Notes under the pieces: generated by a model | Database searches by the model: none | What the model saw: the letters and a program-made list of their open reading frames with translations, nothing else | What the model was told of the DNA's origin: nothing | Shown here: one piece after another, positions 9,430 through 17,561 of the stretch | How positions within the stretch are numbered: position 1 is the stretch's first letter | How the letters are laid out: each line of letters starts with the position of its first letter | Translations under genes and position numbers: made by a program | From: a virus | Lineage: Duplodnaviria; Caudoviricetes | Length of the DNA: 26,128 nt | IMG/VR virus record: IMGVR_UViG_3300029319_000429 | Coordinates: 1-26,128 of that record | Reading direction: 5' to 3' (one strand)

Positions 9430-9430
9430 A

Positions 9431-9826
9431 TTAAGAAATAAATACAACTTTTTTGTTGTGTTTTTTAGCGTGTCCAACTGCATTTTTTGTTCCTGATGTT
9501 ATCTCACCATCCGTTACAAAAGCAACAATTCCATCTGAGTATTTAACAATAGCTTCATTTCTGATAAAGAAATGTTTGACGTTATATTCTCTACCATACT
9601 TGAACTTACTTTCTACACAATAAGGATTATGTTGTTCATGATATGGTGGAAATTCAGTATATTTTATACCAAAATCAAGTGCATATTCTTTTGCATACTT
9701 ATCTGCACCAAATTTAGCACCACCACTAACAACCTCAATCAAATCACCATACTCTTCTTTTAGTTTGTAAATAAACTCTTTTATCTTTAGTCTATTAGTG
9801 TAAGTTCTTGAACCTATTATTGCTAT
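9431..9826 (-). CDS. SLOG superfamily (YspA/DUF2493-like) nucleotide-binding protein; start codon non-canonical or uncertain
   Basis: Frame extends upstream of the ORF track's TTG 9742 to KIAIIGSRTY, followed by VVSGGAKFGAD, RNEAIV and SGTKNAV, which are SLOG motifs. Confidence 0.8.
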   Translation of the reverse strand: MAIIGSRTYTNRLKIKEFIYKLKEEYGDLIEVVSGGAKFGADKYAKEYALDFGIKYTEFPPYHEQHNPYCVESKFKYGREYNVKHFFIRNEAIVKYSDGIVAFVTDGEITSGTKNAVGHAKKHNKKVVFIS

Positions 9827-10254
9827 CTTGACGGTTTCGATGTTTCTATTTTCCTTTGGTTAACACTTAAAATAAAATTAGATATTTTTGTGTAATCATC
9901 TAATCCTTTTGGTATCAATTCTCCGACTTGAGTTTTGTAAGTATATCTACTGCTTGCATTTGGTAGTGGGTTGTTAGGGTCTTTTATATCAAACAAAACA
10001 TAATCATTAACATTAATATTTGATTTTGATTTAAAAGATACTCTGTGTTGTTTAAAAATGTCTTTATATTTTTTAGAAAATTCTAATACTGCATCAGTAT
10101 CAAATGTAGCATTATCTACCCAAAATTTTAATGTCCAAGACGTGTTAATTTTAGAGTAACACTCTTCTATCTTATCCATAACCATCTGTTCAGATTTCTC
10201 ACCAACAAATAGATGTAATGGTAACCTTAGACTAATATTAAATCTTTGATACAT
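9823..10254 (-). CDS. Hypothetical protein
   Basis: 143-aa ORF filling the gap between the nuclease and SLOG genes. No motif recognised. Confidence 0.65.
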   Translation of the reverse strand: MYQRFNISLRLPLHLFVGEKSEQMVMDKIEECYSKINTSWTLKFWVDNATFDTDAVLEFSKKYKDIFKQHRVSFKSKSNINVNDYVLFDIKDPNNPLPNASSRYTYKTQVGELIPKGLDDYTKISNFILSVNQRKIETSKPSR

Positions 10255-10256
10255 AT

Positions 10257-11120
10257 TTATTTGACTCCTGCATCACAGTATTCAGTTTGATTAAACTCAC
10301 AGAAACGACAGTTCTTTTTTGAAGCTTCTTTCCTATAAATATGTTGTTCGTTATACTTTCCATCAATAAAACATTCATCAATGAAAGATTTAATATTATT
10401 GGTTACTTTGTTTATACTTGGTGTTCCGTTTGCAGGTGTAAATGTCTGAACCCTACGTTGTGGAAAATCTAATTTTTCATATAATTTACGTTTTACGATA
10501 AAATATTCTATGTCTATTCTATCTAATGGTATATCGTGTTGAGCACCATAAAATTGTTTATATAATAGTAGTTGGTCTGTCTTTGTCTTGTCAGCTTTAG
10601 CCCACTTGTTCCAACCCATCGTAGAAGTCTTGATATCAATAATCTTATATCTATCTCTTACAGTATCGTGTAGTAGAACGTCAATGTAACCAACAAACTT
10701 GATATCGTTAGGTAAGTCATACTCAATGGGAACCTCTATACCAACTAATTCATAACCTTTCTTATTAAAATACATAGCTCTCTTCTTAACAAACCATTCT
10801 ATTATTGCCAATCCATGCTCATAGAACTCTTGCATTTCTTCTTGAGAGGTTATCTCCTCACCACCCAAGTCTTCTACTATTTCTTTGTAGTAATGTTTCA
10901 TTCGATGTAGTAACATATCAGCTAATGGTAACGAATCTGCCATCTTGATTGTATCATTATACATTACAGTTAGATATGTCTGCAATACATCGTGCATAGC
11001 AGAACCAAACAAGGTATGTATGTTACCCTTGAATGTTCTTAACTCATCTATATAATTTAGTTTCCACTTATGTGGACATACAGCCCATTGTGAATATTGA
11101 CTGTAACTAATCTTTTTCAT
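10257..11120 (-). CDS. PD-(D/E)XK exonuclease, AddB/Cas4-like, with Fe-S cluster cysteines
   Basis: ISYSQY..CPHKW, GSAMHDVL, GYIDVL..IIDIKTS, QLLLY, C-terminal CRFC..C. Confidence 0.88.
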   Translation of the reverse strand: MKKISYSQYSQWAVCPHKWKLNYIDELRTFKGNIHTLFGSAMHDVLQTYLTVMYNDTIKMADSLPLADMLLHRMKHYYKEIVEDLGGEEITSQEEMQEFYEHGLAIIEWFVKKRAMYFNKKGYELVGIEVPIEYDLPNDIKFVGYIDVLLHDTVRDRYKIIDIKTSTMGWNKWAKADKTKTDQLLLYKQFYGAQHDIPLDRIDIEYFIVKRKLYEKLDFPQRRVQTFTPANGTPSINKVTNNIKSFIDECFIDGKYNEQHIYRKEASKKNCRFCEFNQTEYCDAGVK

Positions 11121-11124
11121 ATCT

Positions 11125-11156
11125 GAATATACAACTTTTTTTCATTATAAGTCAAG
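11125..11156 (-). promoter_or_regulatory. Sigma70-type promoter CTTGACTTA-N15-GTATATTC, copy upstream of the nuclease
   Basis: TTGACT (11155-11150), 18-nt spacer, TATATT (11131-11126). Same architecture at 14037 and 20755. Confidence 0.75.
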
Positions 11157-11784
11157 CCCTTTTTAGTTTTTTTATTTTCTTTTTAATACCTTTGTTAAGA
11201 TAGTAAACGTATTTGTTTTTACTCTTTCTCTTTCTAAAAAATACATCAGGATCACCAGCTTCCCATCTTGCTCTAATTCTTCTACTATATGGTTTGATTG
11301 GTTGACTTAGAGACCTACTATGATATTCCTTACCATCTACCATCAAAACTCTACCAGCGCCAGTCTCACCCACAAACTCAAAATTACTAGCTCTATAAAT
11401 TACACCTGTGTGTCCATGTTCTTTGTCTGCGAATGAGATGATTACTTCATAGTTTGTATTTTGTTTTAACCACTTGATTGTTTTACCGATAAAGTAACTT
11501 TCTGCATTCTTTGGTGTGTCGTCAATACAAACTAATCTTCTCAACTCCACACACCTATCAGGATTGATAGGATTGTATGCTCTTGCAGTATTTGGCATAG
11601 ATGGTATAGCATACATCATAGCACCTACCATTTTTGGAATACCAAAGTTGCCAGGTGCAAATAATGCGAAACACTCTAAACCTTGTATTCCATTAGTACT
11701 ATGACTATAATGGTGTTTTTGAATAAACTCTTGTATAGCCATACGAGGAACAACCTCAACTATGTAGTCTTTTAAATCAGCCAA
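11152..11784 (-). CDS. Mom-like (GNAT-fold) DNA adenine modification protein, paralogue 2
   Basis: FIQKHHYSH, VELRRLV..PKNAESYFIG, IISFADKEHGHTGVIYRASNFEFVG, YHSRS, KNKYVYYL. Confidence 0.78.
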   Translation of the reverse strand: MADLKDYIVEVVPRMAIQEFIQKHHYSHSTNGIQGLECFALFAPGNFGIPKMVGAMMYAIPSMPNTARAYNPINPDRCVELRRLVCIDDTPKNAESYFIGKTIKWLKQNTNYEVIISFADKEHGHTGVIYRASNFEFVGETGAGRVLMVDGKEYHSRSLSQPIKPYSRRIRARWEAGDPDVFFRKRKSKNKYVYYLNKGIKKKIKKLKRA

Positions 11785-12286
11785 CAGTTCTTATACTTTG
11801 TCCGTCCGATGGAAAATATAAACCAACTGATTGCAGTTGCTTTTTTTCTACACCATATTTCTGTAACATATCTGATAGTTCCATCTGACCAGCTACAGTT
11901 AACATATACATTTCGATAGCATCAACTGCTTCTCTTACACTAACTTCTAAGTCATTACGAACTACATTAACCAACCAATTTGGATAATCCATATTCTTTT
12001 TCTTCTTTCCCTTGATGTATCTAAGGTAATAATTTCCTTTTGGAATGATATCCATATACGTTTTGTATATCAGTTCAGGTTTCAAGTTATACTTCTGAAC
12101 TTCATTCACTATGGGTAGGAAATCTGATCTCATTGATAAGAATCGATTGACAAGAAATGTCGACCAACCCTTTTTGTCTTCATCAGAAAGTGATTCCCAA
12201 AATCCTTTTTTCTGATACTTTGTAATTTGATTTAAATAATCAAATACACCTTTACGTTTAACTGTCTGTCGCTTCGCCAATTCCAC
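11777..12286 (-). CDS. Clamp loader small subunit, T4 gp62-like
   Basis: FDYLNQI, FLVNRFLSM, VNEVQKY, YLRYIKGKK. Located just downstream of the clamp loader ATPase. Confidence 0.72.
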   Translation of the reverse strand: MELAKRQTVKRKGVFDYLNQITKYQKKGFWESLSDEDKKGWSTFLVNRFLSMRSDFLPIVNEVQKYNLKPELIYKTYMDIIPKGNYYLRYIKGKKKKNMDYPNWLVNVVRNDLEVSVREAVDAIEMYMLTVAGQMELSDMLQKYGVEKKQLQSVGLYFPSDGQSIRTVG

Positions 12287-12521
12287 TTCCCTCTAGTAGA
12301 CTTGATGGAACATGACCACAATTACCACAACTATAAACTTGTATTGGAACTAAACCCTCTTCACCTGTAGGTGATACAAGTGCTGATATTCTTTTCAATA
12401 CATAAGATGTAATAAACAAGTAGTTCGTACACTTTTCACATTTCATAGTTTCAGCTTGTGCCAAATCTACTTTTACTTGAGCTTGTGGTTTCTTGATGGG
12501 TCCTTTCGGATGCATACTCAT
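12258..12521 (-). CDS. Zinc-ribbon protein
   Basis: 87 aa with CEKC and CGNCG. ATGA overlap with the clamp loader stop; AGGAG SD. Confidence 0.72.
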   Translation of the reverse strand: MSMHPKGPIKKPQAQVKVDLAQAETMKCEKCTNYLFITSYVLKRISALVSPTGEEGLVPIQVYSCGNCGHVPSSLLEGSGIGEATDS

Positions 12522-13435
12522 TTGATAACTCCTAATAATTCTATTAACATAGCCATAAAGTTTATTTCCTTATCCACGACTTGCATATCTGATTGTTCAT
12601 ATCTGGCTAATATCAATATGACTTCAGCTATGTGTCCTTTTGCATATTCATCAACATTGTCGTATAATAATCTAAAACAATCTGAATAATCTCTGATAGC
12701 GTTGTCAGCAAGTAGTTGTCTAAGATTAGTAAAAGCCGTCTTCTTATCTTGTGTCTTCAAAATGTCTAAGACTTTTAACTTGTAATCATTTTGTATCGCA
12801 CTCTGTCTATCCATCACAACTTTATTATCTACCACACTTCTTTGTGTTGCATTAATAATCTTTCTAACATCTGGATAACTACTATCAATTAGAACCTTTA
12901 AGTCTTCATTACTATACTCAATACTTTCCTTACCCATAACTTTGGTAAGATGTAGTGCCACCTCTTTCTTATTAGGTGGTATAATTTCAAATACTTGACA
13001 ACGACTTTGTAGGGGGTCGATTATTCTTTCCACATAATTACAAGTTAGAATAAACCTACAATGTTTTGAGAATGTTTCCATAAGATTACGAAGTGCTGCT
13101 TGAGCATTTGGTGTAATGTAATCACACTCATCCAAGATAATAACTTTCATCTCCTTAAAACCAATTGTGGATGCGAATTGCCTTACCTTGTTACGAACTG
13201 TATCTACACTATTCTCATCAGATGCGTTTATATATAGATAATCACACTCAATATTCTTTACAATAAGTTTAGCAAGTGTTGTCTTACCTGTTCCAGCTCT
13301 ACCGAACAAAAGTAAGTGTGGAACATCGTTTGACTTGATATACCTCTCTACTTTTGCTTTTAGATGTTCGTTACCAACATAATTTTCTAACATAGTCGGG
13401 CGATATTTCTCAACCCATAGAGAATGTTTACTCAT
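12518..13435 (-). CDS. Clamp loader AAA+ ATPase (T4 gp44 / RFC small subunit-like)
   Basis: LWVEKYRP, Walker A GRAGTGKTT, INASDE, Walker B ILDECD, SRC motif (LQSRCQ). Confidence 0.95.
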   Translation of the reverse strand: MSKHSLWVEKYRPTMLENYVGNEHLKAKVERYIKSNDVPHLLLFGRAGTGKTTLAKLIVKNIECDYLYINASDENSVDTVRNKVRQFASTIGFKEMKVIILDECDYITPNAQAALRNLMETFSKHCRFILTCNYVERIIDPLQSRCQVFEIIPPNKKEVALHLTKVMGKESIEYSNEDLKVLIDSSYPDVRKIINATQRSVVDNKVVMDRQSAIQNDYKLKVLDILKTQDKKTAFTNLRQLLADNAIRDYSDCFRLLYDNVDEYAKGHIAEVILILARYEQSDMQVVDKEINFMAMLIELLGVIK

Positions 13436-14006
13436 CTTTCATTCCTTTTGTTATTATTTCTATAATATCATCTAACTCAAACACTCTGTGCTTTGCTTCG
13501 ATATGATGGTTGTATGGTCTATCCATAAGAATAAATCCATCTTCCATTCCTCTTCTTTCTTTCCAATACTTCCAATTGTTTGGTGAATCATCAACAAGAA
13601 AATCTACAGGTGTATTTGGTTTGTCGACACCTCTTCTGAAATATATCGTGTCAAAGTTTAGTTCATGCTTACCTAACCAATATGCCGTATGATATCTTGC
13701 GTGTGGTTTCTGAGATGTAACACATACAAATCTTACACCAACTTCCTCACCCCACTCAATCATAGCTTTCATTTGTTTTACGTTCTCTTCGAACGCTGGT
13801 GAGTTACCCATAATTTCTTTACTGTAGTCTTCCCAATATATCTTTTGTAAATCAGGTTTACTTGCTCTAAAGTTTTCTGATAGCTTCCAATTATTTATAC
13901 CTGTATAATCATCAGGCAAATATTGTGGATAATTTTCTTTTACTACTTTTTCTAATCCATAACAGAAGTCTCTCAAAACTCCGTCTACATCTATTCCTAT
14001 TACCAT
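13428..14006 (-). CDS. HAD-family 5'(3')-deoxyribonucleotidase (NT5C-like)
   Basis: IGIDVDGVLRDF (motif I), VTSQ (motif II), K..VDDSPNN (motifs III/IV), DRPYN. Likely start ATG 14006. Confidence 0.88.
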   Translation of the reverse strand: MVIGIDVDGVLRDFCYGLEKVVKENYPQYLPDDYTGINNWKLSENFRASKPDLQKIYWEDYSKEIMGNSPAFEENVKQMKAMIEWGEEVGVRFVCVTSQKPHARYHTAYWLGKHELNFDTIYFRRGVDKPNTPVDFLVDDSPNNWKYWKERRGMEDGFILMDRPYNHHIEAKHRVFELDDIIEIITKGMKDE

Positions 14007-14036
14007 AAGGTTGTATTTCTCCAATTTATTATACCA

Positions 14037-14068
14037 GAATATACGAATAAAAACCAGTATAAGTCAAG
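14037..14068 (-). promoter_or_regulatory. Sigma70-type promoter CTTGACTTA-N15-GTATATTC, copy upstream of the nucleotidase and clamp loader genes
   Basis: TTGACT (14067-14062), 18-nt spacer, TATATT (14043-14038). Followed immediately by TGGTATAAT, a possible second extended -10. Confidence 0.78.
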
Positions 14069-14093
14069 TCTTTTTTCAGCTATCTCTTCCCAT

Positions 14094-14918
14094 TTATTTT
14101 TTAAGGTCCTTACTCTGATAGAAATGGGTTTGTGATTCTTTTGAGTTTTCATAATCATCCATTATTTTTCCTCTAGCACATTCATGTATCCAATCAGAAT
14201 GTAAGTATTTTTTTGATAAAAACCCTATTTGATTAGAGTTAAATAGTCTATTATACTTGTAGTTATTTAAATTAGGAAATTCATTTCCCCAACTACTCAA
14301 TTTTTTACCACCTCTGTATTCGTATTCACTTGTTTTTTCATCAACTAACTCTGGTGAAACATATGCATCATATCTTGGTTCAAATCCACCTATCTCTTTA
14401 ACAGTTTTGTATTGCATAGCTAAGAAACTTGGTCTAACACTTATAAGGTTTTTGATTGGTTTGTCAAATATATGTCTATTCTCTTCTTTAACATAATCAA
14501 CTGCTCTCATACCATCAAACTCTTCCTTAATACCAACATCAATAACCTTATTATAGTCATAGTTTTGAACAAGATAGTTAGCACCATTACCGACAACCTT
14601 GTATCCATCTAAGGTAAGAATTTCAATAACTAATTGAATAAATTCAAAATTCTTTATGACTAAATCATCGTGCATAAAGAAACACACATCTTCATCATCT
14701 ATGTCAAGATAGTTTATAGCTTGTTCGTATGCACCATACTCTTCTCCACCATTAGGAAACACCTTATAATCAAAGTTTTCTTTTATAAAATCTGTAGGTT
14801 CTTTATGACACGACCAAAATACGTGAACATCATCTGAATTATATTCTTGTAATGTATTAAAACCATTTAATACTGTGTCTTGATTCATGTGCCAACCACA
14901 TATTATAAATCTAATCAT
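14094..14918 (-). CDS. Putative GT-A (GT2-like) glycosyltransferase
   Basis: N.G.EYGAYEQAI followed by VCFFMHDDL, and later KEIGGFE, typical of GT2-like folds. Confidence 0.55.
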   Translation of the reverse strand: MIRFIICGWHMNQDTVLNGFNTLQEYNSDDVHVFWSCHKEPTDFIKENFDYKVFPNGGEEYGAYEQAINYLDIDDEDVCFFMHDDLVIKNFEFIQLVIEILTLDGYKVVGNGANYLVQNYDYNKVIDVGIKEEFDGMRAVDYVKEENRHIFDKPIKNLISVRPSFLAMQYKTVKEIGGFEPRYDAYVSPELVDEKTSEYEYRGGKKLSSWGNEFPNLNNYKYNRLFNSNQIGFLSKKYLHSDWIHECARGKIMDDYENSKESQTHFYQSKDLKK

Positions 14919-14919
14919 A

Positions 14920-15255
14920 TTATTTATTCATAAGTTGTATTAAAATTATCGTTGCTGCAAGAACTAAACAAAGAACTGTCTTCCAATTAGGTATCTCACC
15001 TAATATACCCCAAGTCATTACTGCAAATATCAAGTTACCAAGACCAAATCCTATTAATCTAATATTCCACACATAACCAAAGTGTTCATACGAAAGTCGT
15101 GTTGAATAATAAAACAGATAACTTATAGGTAATCCTGCTAATATTATCCACCATTGAGATTTCATAAAATCCCACTTGAATTGTCCGTTCATATGAAAAA
15201 ATGCTATTATGTGTCCTAATATACTAAGACAGATAGCTCCTATTAACTTACTCAT
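14920..15255 (-). CDS. Small membrane protein with about four TM helices (SMR/DMT-like topology)
   Basis: 111 aa with four hydrophobic segments and a late GE motif (WGILGEIPNW) as in DMT proteins. Confidence 0.6.
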   Translation of the reverse strand: MSKLIGAICLSILGHIIAFFHMNGQFKWDFMKSQWWIILAGLPISYLFYYSTRLSYEHFGYVWNIRLIGFGLGNLIFAVMTWGILGEIPNWKTVLCLVLAATIILIQLMNK

Positions 15256-16009
15256 CAATAGTCATGTCCCTGTCTACAAATATTGTCCAACTTCTTCTTA
15301 TAAAATCTGTTAAAATTGGGTTAACGCCATGTTCAACATCATTACCTTGTGTAAAATCTAATATAGCTGCATTACCTAAAGTTGGTTCTAAAACATCACC
15401 ATCACATACTAGTTCACCACCATCGCCAGGTTTCCAATCCTCATTTGCGTAAAGTAATATAGTACAAAATCTTTCACTACCATATGTTCCATCACAATGT
15501 GATTCTAACCACATATCTTTGAACATTATTCTACCATTAATATCATATTGTTTATCATAACCTATACCATCATTTTTAGGATTATTAGTATAACACGAAT
15601 TAAAAATCTTTTCTAAAATTGGCACAATACCATCCCATTCTGAGCGCTCAGTTGAAGCTACCTCACATCTACCATCAAAAAAATGTAATTTTCCATTAGA
15701 GTTTGTAATTGTTTGAGTAAAAAATTTTTGTAAATTAGCCCATCCACTTAACTCCTCTAACATATTCTCCCAATCAATATCAATTGTAGGTGTAGGATTA
15801 ATAGATACATTAATACCATATATTGATTGGTTATTTTCATCACGAAAGGATGGTGTACGGCGATTATATCTATATTCTATATTCTTTATATTGTCAAAAG
15901 TTAAAGCTTCGTCTCTTACAAGCCTTAATTTTTGCGTATCTTCTTCATTTAATTTGAAAAATAAATAACCATCTTCTTGTAATTTGTCTAATTGTTTTTC
16001 ATTAAACAT
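15248..16009 (-). CDS. 2OG-Fe(II) oxygenase, prolyl-4-hydroxylase-like
   Basis: HCD (HxD), TILLYANEDWKPGDGGEL, EHGV, RRSW. Confidence 0.88.
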   Translation of the reverse strand: MFNEKQLDKLQEDGYLFFKLNEEDTQKLRLVRDEALTFDNIKNIEYRYNRRTPSFRDENNQSIYGINVSINPTPTIDIDWENMLEELSGWANLQKFFTQTITNSNGKLHFFDGRCEVASTERSEWDGIVPILEKIFNSCYTNNPKNDGIGYDKQYDINGRIMFKDMWLESHCDGTYGSERFCTILLYANEDWKPGDGGELVCDGDVLEPTLGNAAILDFTQGNDVEHGVNPILTDFIRRSWTIFVDRDMTIDE

Positions 16010-16779
16010 TACTTGTTTCCTAATTTACTTTCTACTTTAATCTCTTCCACAGGTGGAACGTATTGTTTTGGATTTGTAGGATATGGTTTTGATTCATACT
16101 TTAAATTTTTCATATATTTTTTGTTTTCTTTTTTGTTACCTATAAAATAGATGTAACGATGTTTTTCAGGTTCTTTTCTTCTCCAAAACGTATGTCCTAT
16201 AGCTGCTTTCAATTTATCTACATTATGACTTCCCCAAGTAGCTGATACAGTTCTACTGTGTATCCACTCATAAGGTTTGACTAAAGATACTGAATGATTT
16301 GGCATTAGATTCAATCCTGCACCTTGATATAACCAATTGGTAGCTTTGTAAATACCACCCAAATGTAATCTATCAGGATCTGCGTAACTGATTAATACCT
16401 TTATATTCTTGTCATACTTCTTTAACCATTTAAACGATTGTGAAATAGAATAAGATTCAATATTTTTACCATAACCATCGTGTATAAAAAGTCTTGTCAG
16501 CTCTAAGATATTCTTGGTTTGTAAAATATTCTCATCTTTAAATATGGAACCCATTACAGACCTACCAACAGGATACCCATAAGTCATACAACCCACCAAC
16601 TCTTCTTCATTCATATCAGAAAAAAATGGATGTGGTTTGTCTGACTTATAGAATATACCTATTGCGTATCTACACGAAGAAAACTTGTGAGAGTAATGAT
16701 TTTTTTCAATCATCCTCTTAGCTGTTTTCTTATCTATCTCTTGCAGATAAACTCTTGATTTATCTACATATTGTTCCAT
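16009..16779 (-). CDS. Mom-like (GNAT-fold) DNA adenine modification protein, paralogue 1
   Basis: IEKNHYSH, VGCMTYG, LELTRLF..GKNIESYSIS, LISYADPDRLHLGGIYKATNWLYQG, IHSRT, KHRYIYFI. Confidence 0.82.
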   Translation of the reverse strand: MEQYVDKSRVYLQEIDKKTAKRMIEKNHYSHKFSSCRYAIGIFYKSDKPHPFFSDMNEEELVGCMTYGYPVGRSVMGSIFKDENILQTKNILELTRLFIHDGYGKNIESYSISQSFKWLKKYDKNIKVLISYADPDRLHLGGIYKATNWLYQGAGLNLMPNHSVSLVKPYEWIHSRTVSATWGSHNVDKLKAAIGHTFWRRKEPEKHRYIYFIGNKKENKKYMKNLKYESKPYPTNPKQYVPPVEEIKVESKLGNK

Positions 16780-17510
16780 TAGTCTACAGTTGTTTTTGCT
16801 ACCAATACATAAGTAGAATCAAAATCATCTACCTTAAAATTGACTTTAGCTAATCCTGCACTTGAAACGTAAAGTGTTGCTGATTCACAATCTTTATTTG
16901 CTGTCAACACTTCTTTGAAAGTATCTGCGTCAAAGAAAACCGCATCATCAAGTGAAGACATTTTACTTGTCTCTACAGGAATAGTCACTTTATTAGATTG
17001 TGTGCTTGAACTATAACCAATTACAACTTTGGCATCAACTCCATCACAAAGGATAGCGAATGTAGAAACATCACTTAGAGCACCCTTACCTGATATGAAT
17101 GAAGAGATAAATGCTTTATCTAATTTAAGTTCTAACTCAAACTCTGGAATGTTAGTCAAGTCAGGTTTCTTTGAAACCACATCAAGACGAGCTAATCCAT
17201 AATTGACTTTAGTGTTATTTGTTTTCTGTGCGATTACTAACTGAGATACAACATCTCCGACTTCATTAGCTTCTATAACTAACTCACCATCTAAAACGTT
17301 TAGTAACTTAATTAAGTCTTGAATCTCATAGAGACCCATTTCGTAATCACCAAAACCATTCTTAGCCAGAACAATATCACCAACACAGCTTTTTGCTGAA
17401 TTGATAAATGAACAACTAAGAGTATCTTTTGTTGAAACCACTGGCGCAGATTGTGTTTGTCCACCTAAGTAAAACCTATTGACAAATCCCATCAACGTTT
17501 GTTTATCCAT
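16779..17510 (-). CDS. DNA polymerase sliding clamp (gp45/PCNA-like)
   Basis: 243 aa, acidic, two-domain clamp-like pattern ending GLAKVNF..STYVLVA. Located between the polymerase and clamp loader genes. AAGGAG SD. Confidence 0.7.
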   Translation of the reverse strand: MDKQTLMGFVNRFYLGGQTQSAPVVSTKDTLSCSFINSAKSCVGDIVLAKNGFGDYEMGLYEIQDLIKLLNVLDGELVIEANEVGDVVSQLVIAQKTNNTKVNYGLARLDVVSKKPDLTNIPEFELELKLDKAFISSFISGKGALSDVSTFAILCDGVDAKVVIGYSSSTQSNKVTIPVETSKMSSLDDAVFFDADTFKEVLTANKDCESATLYVSSAGLAKVNFKVDDFDSTYVLVAKTTVD

Positions 17511-17535
17511 TTTGTAACTCCTTTATATACATATA

Positions 17536-17544
17536 TATAAGTAT
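17536..17544 (-). promoter_or_regulatory. ATACTTATA motif (class ATAnTTATA) upstream of the clamp gene
   Basis: Intergenic, 25 nt before ATG 17510; recurring motif. Confidence 0.4.
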
Positions 17545-17561
17545 CATATTATTTCTCCAAA

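Noticed and set aside
10257-11120. Cas4 as part of a CRISPR-Cas locus
   Set aside because: No repeat-spacer array or other cas genes seen; stand-alone Cas4/AddB-like nucleases are common in phages.
14076-14093. Mini-ORF ATG GGA AGA GAT AGC TGA after the GT-A stop, or a terminator in this gap
   Set aside because: Five codons with no supporting signal, and no GC-rich hairpin with a U-tract.
15248-16009. TET/JBP-type base dioxygenase
   Set aside because: Motifs (LLYxNxDW..DGGEL, H.V, R.S) are prolyl-hydroxylase-like, and there is no cytosine methylase in the window.
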